Assembly: GCA_951406725.2 (NCBI GenBank) | Contig: OX597832.1 | Span: forward strand, 13,702,001 to 13,766,000 | Reading direction: 5' to 3' | From: Octopus vulgaris | Taxonomy: Eukaryota | DNA length: 64,000 nt | In this document: in pieces, positions 53,505 to 64,000 of the stretch | Numbering within the stretch: position 1 is the first letter of the stretch | Layout of the letters: the number at the start of each line of letters is the position of its first letter | Notes under the pieces: generated by a model | What the model saw: only the letters and a program-made list of their open reading frames with translations | What the model was told of the DNA's origin: nothing | Database searches by the model: none | Translations under genes and position numbers: made by a program

Positions 53505-55315
53505 GTATGTATGTATATATGTATGTATGTATATCTGAGAAGCAGCAGCAGATTAATGCTTCTCAACAGAAAGTATCTGAACCTGAAACACAGAATGTCA
53601 GCTATTCTCTTTGCTTTTATTCATTTTAGACAATGAAATAACTAATGAAAATATCGGTAATTTCATATAAGTTTCCTGATACCACACGTTCTTTCCGTTT
53701 CCTTTATAGACGCTGAATTAGAAGCATTTGTGAAGCATTTCCTCTAAATCCGGGCATGAATCATGAACAGTTCTTATATTAATCTTATACTTTACTTATA
53801 CGTTCAAATTCTAAAATTGTAACGACATGTGGTAATTACTGCAAAAATTTTGCTTTCTTTTTTCTATTTTACTTATATATCTATAATGCTATTCCGGTTG
53901 TTTATATTTTTCATCATTCATGTCGCTACAATTTCGTATTTATTTGTATATGAAACCATTCTTTAATATGTAGCTTCACAGTTTTGGAGTATATGGCATA
54001 TTTAAAAGCAACAAGTTCAGCAAATTTGAATATTTTGCAAATTCATACTTATTGAATTGTAAAACGGGGAATGTGTAAATCGATTATGATTAATTATTAA
54101 TATATAATATTAAATATTTCCTCAACGGGAGTTAATACTTTGTTCCTATTAAACGTACGCAAAATATCCGCACATCCCAGATGTCCTAGAGAGACGATTA
54201 TTTTTTAAATTGAAGAATATGATATTCAATCTTGTGCTCAGAACAAAGTATCTGATAGCTTCCATTCGAAATTAATATATTTTTATGTATTTTTTTCTGG
54301 GGCAAAATGCTTTTTGTTCTATTCGCTTCAGATATACAAGTAAAAGAATGATAGCAATTTTGTGAACATTCGACAAGTATTTTTTTTATATGTGTGTGTG
54401 CGTGAGTGTGTTAAGTTACACAGTGCTTCTTGACCTCTCTTATATCTTCTGACTGTAAAGCAAAATTATACAAAATTCATCACTGCCGTTAACACAAACT
54501 GGTAAATAGAAAGCGTGAGGAATATACATCTGTTTGTTGTTGTAAACAAAAGAATCGTTATACAATAATCAACTCTTTTATCACATTATCATTTTAAGAA
54601 CAAAATTCAATTCCTCCCCAAGGTACAGCTTTGAGAGACTACTGGACTACACGTAGCTGGCTACGGCTTACGCATAGCTTAATGAAAAGTTTTTCGGTCG
54701 TGACATTACGAACCCAAGACTGACAGAGCAAGCACTCACCACCATCGTCGCCATCTTTACTAGAAATTAGTAGTTATTTTTTGAATACCATCCAAATTAT
54801 GTTTTCCTAATAGTACTAAACTGGAGCCGTATTGTTTAGGAAAAATAGAAATGTTTTCAAAGCCACGACGTTGATATCATACCGTCTATATTTTGTTAAT
54901 AAAAAGGAAATAGAAAAGCAATATATACTAACGAATGATATAATAAATTACCTTTCAATTTCCATTAGCTATTGAATCAATCTAAATCTTATTTATTTGA
55001 ATTTCCTTTTGTTTGTTCGTTTGTTTTTGAGAACTGCATTTTCGTAAGTAATTTGAAGTACACTGACTTTTCACAAAGAAAGAAACTCCTCCTTAATGTG
55101 TAATGCCTCTCTTTCATGAAAGCCAGTTGAGTATATGTTATGGAATATTTATACGTTATGAGACAAATTCCAAATTAATTGAAATGATGCAACGGAAATT
55201 GCAATGAGTTTCGTTCTTAGTAAAGGAACAATGCTTCAAGTGTAATAGTATGCCTGATTGGGGTCATCGGGTACAGGCGATTTAGTAGTACCAATAAGGA
55301 ACAGCTGCGACATTC

Positions 55316-55377
<62 letters not shown>

Positions 55378-55424
55378 CTCTTAACCCGCGTCTGGACGAG
55401 TGTTTTGGTGCTGGCAAACGAAAT

Positions 55425-55785
55425 AGTTAATTAGTTAGTTAGTTAGTTAATTTTGGGCTCAAAAGCAAATAGCAAGGCCATGTAGGGGGACGTGGAGTTA
55501 AGTACAGGGTGGTGTTCATGTAAAGATTTCAAGCCACTTGAGGTCAAGGGAGACTTTGAACAAAGCGGTCGTCGGCATCTTCACCATCTCGTCTGGCAGC
55601 TTGTTCCACGGATCCGCAACCCGGACGGAGAAAGCTCCTCTCCTTCGATTGAGATGAAATCATCGCAGGTAGAGCTTTTCGGAATGACCCCGCAGCCGAC
55701 GCTCTGGAGCAGTTAATGAAGAACAGCTCTTTCGAGAGGTTACGCTTTCCGCTTATGATGTTGTGAGCGAGAATGAGATCACCAT
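55425..55785 (-). mobile_element. CR1/L2-type LINE 3' end with (TAAC)n tail
   Basis: GDLILAHNII..RLRGHSEKL..FSVRVADPWNKLPDEMV..FKVSLD, then a 3' UTR and ctaactaactaa repeats. Confidence 0.85.
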
Positions 55786-56193
55786 CAATTTTTCAGTGTT
55801 TAAGTCTACAAATGAAAAGGGCTCTAAACAACAAATTTTTGTGGAAACTTGATCGCTATACAAAATTAACCATTTTCATAGAAACGGCATCGATGGATAT
55901 CTATTTCACAGTGTTCGGTCGGAATTATATGTAACTTATCGTTGCCTTTCTTTTTGTTACCATGAGAGTCGAAGAAGTCACATTTTACTCATCAGATTTC
56001 TGACAGTAGAATCAGCAACAAGAGCAGACAGGATAATTTGATAGTTGCTAATTTATACATACATGAGAATACAAAATGATCTGTAGATACACTTTTCAAA
56101 TTACTCATAAGGAAGGCTAAATCTACTGTTATAATGAATTTACATGCAAATTGTTCGTAACATCAGCGAAATTCACTAGACTTCATAGTATTG

Positions 56194-56322
<129 letters not shown>

Positions 56323-56639
56323 TATACTTGCCATCTCAATCTGGCTAACCACTAAGGGTGGGTGTTACTGTAGCTTGTAGCACCAGGAGAACATCGTCTC
56401 CAGCTGGCTTTAGGCACACTTTCTGTGCCCTTATGGTATTTGCAAAGGGAGGTCAAAACCTAGAAACTGCAGTTCGTACGTATCACTTGGGTTGACGAGG
56501 GAAGGGTGACCTCCCTATGCAAATACTATAAGGGCTCAGAAAGTGTGCCTAAAGCCAGCTGGAGACGATGTTCTCCTGGGGCTACAAGCTACTGTAACAC
56601 CCACCCTTAGTGGTTAGCCATATTGCGATGGCAAGTATA
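56323..56639. mobile_element. Foldback element: 133-bp inverted arms with a 51-nt spacer, arms homologous to an HHR-linked tail
   Basis: 56323-56455 versus 56507-56639 with a few mismatches; the spacer contains the HHR 3' half GAA ACTGCAGT T. Confidence 0.85.
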
Positions 56640-56692
56640 CCTCACATTGTCGTGCAGTTACTGTTTATATCTCGTTCAGAGATTTATTATTG

Positions 56693-56753
<61 letters not shown>

Positions 56754-57552
56754 AACATCATTTATGTCCTTTTTACTTCCTTTCAAAGGAGTTGTCCATA
56801 TCTCTATCCGTCATACTCACATGTATAAATAAAATCATCGTATTCTAATTGATTCCACCTCAAATTCCCGAATTCCTGTTCTATATACGTCTGTACCGTT
56901 ACGTTGGAAGTGATTTACGGTGTGTGTGTGTGTTTGTGTGTGCGTGTGTGTTTGTATATCTATAGAGAGATAGATAGATGGATAAAGCGATAGATATGTA
57001 GATAGATAAACAGGAATATTTTCCCAAATAAAATTGCAATCCATGTTTGAACCTCCGATGTATATATAAGGCAATACACAGGAATTATACCATGAGTGTA
57101 TTATATCGTGTAGCAGAAACAGTCCACTGCTATTTCTGCATTGCTAGGAGTAAATTTGTTTTAACTTTCTCATGGTAATTTCGTATGACTAGTCTGTACG
57201 CGACTGACGGTGCGTTCTAAAGGATATGTACTTTTTTAATTCTAACAGCATGTTATTAGTATTGTTTTGCCCTTGCCAAATAATAAAATTAGAATATATA
57301 TTTTTGCGTGTGTGTATGTGTGTGCGTGTGTGTGTGTGCGTGTGTGTGTGTGTTACGCCGAAGTAACAGATAAAGATGTCAGAGAACTACCCGATATAAA
57401 CAATATTATACATTTCTAGACGTCCATGGAAATATACGAGAATGAAGTTACATATACTTGCTCATAAACCATTGCATATAGGTGTGTGTATTTGTGCGTG
57501 TACATATAAATATATATACGTATATACATACATACATATGTATACATATATG

Positions 57553-57598
<46 letters not shown>

Positions 57599-57776
57599 CA
57601 TATATATATATATATATGTACATATATATACTTTATATATATATATATATATATATATACTTTATATATATATATATATATGGCAACAAGCCTGTATGAA
57701 GTTGCATATATATGCATAATCAATTGTATATACATATGTGCGTGTTGTGTGTATGCATGTATGTATGCATGTACGT

Positions 57777-57825
<49 letters not shown>

Positions 57826-58444
57826 CATGCATACACACACACACATACATGAATGTGATCGAATGAGGGGAAAGAAATTTATAACAAACATATTATTCAC
57901 AAACACGAACACCATTCGTGTAGACAAAATGTAAACACGCGATGCCTGCAGTGATTAACTCAATTGTCTGTGATGCTCTTTTTTATTTGTTTATTATGAA
58001 ATCATACATTTATATAAGTCGAAAGATATGTTTATTTAATTTTCAAACCACCTATACGGATTATTGCTGAATTTTAATACGAAAACTACTGGAACGTGGG
58101 TTATGATATCATGTCACAGCTCTTACGAAAGCGGCGATATATTTTTGTGTTATGTACTGTGCAAATTCTTAAACATGTATTTTCGTCGCAAACATCGCCA
58201 GATTGTTGTTACGTACAGAAAAAAACATAAACGTATATATACGTCTATATATATAAATGAATATGCTTCCATTCATATGTGCATATGTCTCTCTCTCTGT
58301 CTCTCTCATTCTGTGTTTCCTCCGTGTGTCTCTCACTAGGTATCCTTGAACATACACACACATACACTCACATGTCTATGTGTGTGCATATACATACATA
58401 ATGCATATATATTTATACACAGTATATATATATATATATATATA

Positions 58445-58856
58445 TACTCTTTTACTCTTTTACTTGTTTCAGTCATTTGACTGCGGCCATGCTGGAGCAC
58501 CGCCTTTAGTCGAAGAAATCGACCCCAGGACTTATTCTATGTAAGCCTAGTACCTATTCTATCGGTCTCTTTTGCCTAACCGCTAAGTAACGGGGACGTG
58601 AACACACCAGCATCAATTGTCAAGCGAATTTGGGGGACAAACACAGACACACAACCATATTCACACACATACATACATATGTATACATATTTACGACGGG
58701 CTTCTTTCAGTTTCCCTCAACCAAATCCACTCACAAGGCTTTGGTCGGCCTGAGACTCTAGTAGAAGACACTTGCCCAAGGTGCCACGCAGTGAGACTGA
58801 ACCCGGAACCATGTGGTTCGTAAGCTAGCTACTTACCACACAGCCACTCCTGCGCC
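58445..58856 (-). mobile_element. SINE type D, full length
   Basis: Reverse-complement homolog of 16466-16866. Confidence 0.85.
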
Positions 58857-58869
58857 TATATGTATTGAA

Positions 58870-59560
58870 ATTTGGCCATAGGGATCAGTTTCTACATTAA
58901 GACTCAACCCGTCCCACCAAACCCATGAACGCACACGTGCAGAATGAAATGGCACGTATAAGAAACAGATGCAGTAAGGCATTAAACAAATTTACCAACA
59001 CCAAGCGGTTCCTCAGTTACTTAGCGCGAAACGGCTATTCACCATTTACAGCTAAAGGACTGCATCCACGAAACAAGAAATTGGGTAAGCAAAATATGGA
59101 AGCCCATAACTCCAAATTGGAAAATTGCTTCCTCAAAATGCCGTACTTTGATGTCAGAACAGTTGAAGCTATTCAAAAGGCAATCCGCAAGAGGAGTCTC
59201 AACATACTGTTAGCATTAACAGATTTTTCCCTGAGAAATGTTCTACTGAGGAAAACTACCACAGATAGCATAGTAGGATACACATTCACCGAGTGCCTCA
59301 TCGACTTCATCAGATCATGCTAGAGAACTTTTTTTGTTATACAAATTAGACTACTGCAATAAATGTGGGTCATCCTACAAAGGGAGCACTACTAGGAGAC
59401 ATTACATCAGAATAAAGGTGCATATGTACATGGTCACTTCAAAGGAAACAACTTAGGGAATAACAAAGCAGAATTTTAAAGTTTTCACCAAAGCGACCCA
59501 ACGTAAAAGGGGCAATCTCAGAATCATGGAATTTGCTTAGGCGCCGGGTTTCACACACTG
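58870..59560 (+). pseudogene. Decayed PLE thumb and GIY-YIG fragment (third lineage)
   Basis: NEMARIRNRCS..LARNGY..FLKMPYF..SLRNVL, then YKGSTTR..IRIKVH resembling YIGSTxRxLHxRIKEH. Confidence 0.55.
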
Positions 59561-59671
59561 CCCCAGTTAAAATGGTTCTTAACTTCAAATATTCTGCTGT
59601 TTAGATATTGATATATATAGGACTATTGAATGTTTGTAGGCTTTATTTATTATTTGCCTCTTGTGTAATTC

Positions 59672-61550
59672 AGGTACGACACCTGAGCAAATTTCTAGAC
59701 ATCGTACAGAAACCCCCTTTGGAATCTATCAAAAGTTTCATTAGAGACGATCTAGATATGCTAAACAGCATTCCTAAAACAATTGAAGAGACAGTAATGG
59801 CTTCCTTCGATGTTGTTAATCTCTGCACCAGTGTCCCACGCAACTATGAAACTGAAGCAACCCAATTCTGGTTGGGAAATGATCCGAAATAATTTCCATC
59901 ATGCATGGACCAGGATTTTATAACCGAAACTTTATAATTCAGCCTCCAGAAGAATCATTTTCTATTTGATGTCACCTGCGACCGACGAAAATACAGAATT
60001 GCGATGGGAACAGAATCAGCCCCAGTCTTTGAGAGCCTAAGAATTGGATATTTACAATTAACCATATATGGAGTTTGACTATATAAATATAGATACCCAT
60101 TCTACTATTATATAAGGGAGAACTGGATAAGATATATGGATGACTGCCTTATCATTTGGAATGAGACTATTGTCAAACTTTTTCGAATCGAAACCAGTAC
60201 TAAATAGTTTATATACAAATATTCAGTTTATAATGGAGTAAAAAGAGGACAACTTCCATTCCTAGATACTGTGAAAGAAAAAAGTCAACCACCAAATTGA
60301 ATCCGTTATCTATCATAAACCAACAGTCTCGAAGCAATTTCTTCTGTTAGTTCATACCACTCGAAACATGTCGAAAGAAAATTTCTTCTTAATTTAGCGA
60401 AAAGGATTTGCGCAATTATGCCTGATGCAATTAGCTGGAACTTTCAACTTTACGACCTCGCAACCATACTAGCCGAGAGACATTATCCACCCTTACCCAT
60501 AGCCAAGGAAATTAAACATAGCAAGAAAATAGGCACCGACACACTATGGGAACAAAATAAAATCCTACACCTCTCTAAAGATTCCATCGTATATATCGTC
60601 ATATAAACCTAGAAACAATGAGGCATAAAAAATCTACCAATGCTCACTAGGCATCCAAAAATTATCCACGTTCTTCATATATACAAATGTATCACATGAA
60701 TTCATCAAATGTACAAAATCACTAAAAAGACTGCTGACAAATGCGAAGCTTTACCAACAACAACGAAACCAATACGCAAAACATGCGTATGTCCAAATTG
60801 TGGAACATGATCCAACCTACTGGAATTTTCGGAATTCCATTTCTCAGAAATTCCAATGACTCAGAAATTCATTATTAAAACCAATTTCACTAATTTATGT
60901 GATAAATTCTTCAGGTTGTTAACACCACTATATAGGCCATAAAAGGACGTCTACTCTGCATACGGAACAGATCCGTTTCCCAAGGTATACACAATTACTA
61001 TTGAGTGAATGCAGAGAGATGTGCAGCGAATCTCCACTCCATCTTTGTGGTGTGCCCCATCTACTAGTGCAAGCAAACAATTTCTATACGAGAACGATTA
61101 AAGAAAGAAAATATAGATATTGAAAAATACAAACTGCTCCTGACAATGAAGCATAACTATTTTGGTGTTTGTAAATATTTTACTTCCTGAACACAAAACA
61201 AACCTTGTACATATTTCATCTCACTACTTTACCTCATGAGTATATATAGATTTGCTATGCCTGTGTGCAATTACCTCCCCTGTCTCGAATAACTTTCACC
61301 AATTACCCCCCCCCCCCTTAGATTTTTATACATGCTGATATATTTACAAACAAACTTTCCTTCTAACAACAAGGACCAAAAACTTCTTAAGAAAATACAA
61401 AATTGCAATATTTTGAATATCATAGCAATTATGAATATCATAATTAGCGAAACCAGTCGACTAACATAAAACTTTTATCTTTTAAAATATATGAAAAATA
61501 CATAAATTCTGTGCCTTTACCTTCTTTTATTATATATGTTTCATTACAAC
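59672..61550 (+). pseudogene. Heavily decayed Neptune-type PLE
   Basis: HLSKFLDIVQKP..IKSFIRDDLDMLN..ASFDVVNL, AMGT, RYMDDC, LPFLD, NLAKRIC; collinear with 49158-51311, with many stops and indels. Confidence 0.8.
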
Positions 61551-63284
61551 TTACCATGTGGCGAAAATCTCTTCAGCGAATGTGTCTTTACTATATATAC
61601 ATATATTTATATATATATATATAAAGTAATAAAGGAATATAGGAATAAAGGCGATTAAATACTGGTTAGTAAAACATAGAGAAGTGATTCCCAGCAGATT
61701 CACAGTGCCATTTATATTAGACACATTCAAACTTATTCTAGAAAATAACACATTCTTCTTCAATGGAAAGAATTACATCCAAATTAGAGGCACGGCGATG
61801 GGAACGAGGTTTGCTCCCGTTTACGCCAACTCTGTAATGGTATACTTAGAACAACAACTCTACCAAGAGGTGGAGGTAAACTATGGCACTGGATTTAGAA
61901 AATATATTGAAAAGGCATGGAAGAGATACCTAGACGACTGCTTCATAATCTGGACAGAATCTCTAAATACTCTGGAAGAGTTCAATATCCTCCTGAACAA
62001 CCTACACCCATCTCTCCAATTTACAAAGGAGATGAGTAGTACCAAATTACCATTCCTGGATATAATGGTAATTAAAAAAGACACCACCATCACCACAGAT
62101 ATATACTATAAACACACAGACACACATCAATACCTAAATTTTAAGTCGTGCCATCCACCACATACAAAACGTAACATCCCATACTGCCTAGCCAGAAGAA
62201 TTTGTACCATTGTAGAAGATGCAAATATCAGGAACAAACGCCTAATAGAACTAAGAGAATTTTTGCTCAAACAAAAATACCCATCTCTACTTATAGAAAA
62301 TGGCATACAGCGGGCTATAAAAATACCCATACAACAACTTAGGACAACCCAAGGAAGAGGAAAACAAGAACAAGTCATACCATTCATAGTGACACACAAC
62401 CCATGTCACCAGAATATCTTCAACATTGCCAAAGCAAACCTACCAATCATTGCCCAAAGTAATGAATTAAAAGACATAATCACGGATCGTGCTATGGTGC
62501 TTAGTAAAAGCCTAAAAACTTGAAAACATTACTAACAAAGGCAAAATTTGACCTCAGCAACAGAGACCAAACATTCACGGTATCTAAATGCAATGATAGC
62601 CGATGTGGCACATGCCAATTCATACATACCGGTCAATATATAAACACAAAAACCGGGAAAATATTCACAAACGCGAATATGAACTGCAAAAGCAGAAATT
62701 TAATTTACTGCATCAAATGCCCAAATTGTGAAGAAATATATGTAGGTCAGACGGGAAACGCACTATTAGACCGCTCACGTGTACACCGGCAACAGATTAG
62801 AGACCCAGAGGTCCGTCAGATACCTTTGAGTAACCACCTAGCAACATGTGGCCGGAAAATGTATATAATATTTCCGTTCTACAAATTACACAGCCCAAGT
62901 GAAATCGAGAGGAGAATCAGAGAAAAGAATTTTATTGATAAATTCGAACCCAAGCTAAATAAGCAATAACAATAATACTTAGAGGTATTACTTCCACTGC
63001 TACGACCATGACCACTAACAACAACAACAATACTAAAGGTGATCAAGATGAAGATAGCAGGAAAATTATCTTATTTAGGGTTAAAAGTTCTATTGCCACC
63101 ACCATCACCACTAGCAACAATAATGAAGGTGCTGACAATGATGATGATGACAATTGAAATATAAAAATATAAAAATCTCTGACAAAGGATATTTACAACA
63201 TTTCTAACAATAACCCAACAATTGCTGCTTCGGCCAGGGTCAAGATACGGGACTCTTGACATGTCCAACAAAGCGTGATGCCTA

Positions 63285-63400
63285 AACCAATCAGCTCAAC
63301 CAACCAATCAGCTTAAGTAATTGAGTGATACTACACACTGATTGGTCAGAATACAGTTTGCAAAACCTAGCACTCTGGAGCCTACCCAGCTGTATTTATA
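63285..63400 (+). promoter_or_regulatory. Putative pLTR Pol II promoter: CCAAT at 63287 and 63304, ATTGG at 63341, TATTTATA at 63393
   Basis: Three CCAATCAG words (one reversed) followed by a TATA-like box about 60 nt before the HHR. Confidence 0.45.
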
Positions 63401-63462
63401 GCACAGAATCAATCGTCTTGCTACAGTCAAAAATTGTGAAGCATGACTGTCAACACTACTAC

Positions 63463-63509
63463 ATGAACCCGAAGATTGCAGAATTCAATGCATGAAAGTA
63501 CTAGTTCAT
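63463..63509 (+). ncRNA. Minimal hammerhead ribozyme (U4C core variant)
   Basis: ATGAAC CCGAAGA T TGCA gaattcaa TGCA T GAA AGTACT A GTTCAT; perfect 6-bp stem I, palindromic stem III, CUA triplet. Confidence 0.7.
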
Positions 63510-63720
63510 TCAGAATGAACATTTAATATTCTACTATTTCATTTTATTTTATTCAATTATAATATATTATCTTATAATATATCATTATAAGATTGTAAAT
63601 AAAACGTGAAAATCAGACAAGGTTGGAATTCTTTTTATTAATATATATATATATATATATATATAGTTAATAATGATGAAAGGAAGAAAATGGAGAATGG
63701 GCTTGACACCCTCGAATTGA

Positions 63721-63791
<71 letters not shown>

Positions 63792-64000
63792 TAACTAAAG
63801 ACCCTTCTTCAAGAAATCTATTGGGTAATATTGCTGAGAGAAGACTTTTCTTTAGTGTCTGTAACTATGAATGTTCGAATTGCATTGTTATCGTACCTAA
63901 TCGTCTGCCTGCAGCTATGATCTGTTATTTGTTTCGCGGGCCTTACTAGTTGATTAAGGTAAAAATATCTTTCAGATTTATATTCTCAATTTTGTGGGTG

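Larger units (their letters stand above)
61642..63640 (+). mobile_element. 5'-truncated Neptune-type PLE with 3' terminal region
   Basis: ORFs 61684-62523 (GTAMGT, RYLDD, SCHP) and 62520-62969 (CNDSRCGTC, LIYCIKCPNCEEIYVGQT) are split by an apparent 4-nt deletion in SKRQPKNL. The 3' region has CCAAT boxes and an HHR and ends in (TA)n. Confidence 0.92.

Noticed and set aside
61410-61465. HHR of the decayed Neptune copy
   Set aside because: Only gcGAAACCAGTC survives; the core and stems are not recoverable.

Overview
AT-rich, microsatellite-saturated animal genomic DNA. The SINE types and repeat landscape suggest a coleoid cephalopod, probably Octopus (inference). No intact host gene is recognisable, and most ORFs in the track are artefacts of (TA)n, (CA)n, (CAT)n and (AAT)n repeats. 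The window is dominated by transposons: at least six Penelope-like element (PLE) copies or fragments plus several short PLE tails, four tRNA-derived SINE types, a 5'-truncated irritans-type mariner, and R4/Dong, RTE, CR1 and MULE relics. The centrepiece is a young Neptune-type PLE at 46046-52151, with an uninterrupted RT + GIY-YIG ORF and a 2-kb head-to-head inverted duplication. Its upstream coiled-coil ORF1 overlaps the RT frame at an in-phase T-TTT-TTA heptamer, a candidate -1 frameshift. At least eight minimal hammerhead ribozyme (HHR) motifs with palindromic stem III can be read directly. They fall into several core variants (canonical, U3-A8 covariant, U4C and a recurrent A6U), and one has a competing downstream hairpin. 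Two MITE-like foldbacks have the same head-to-head geometry, and one is shown here to be built from HHR-bearing PLE-like tails.
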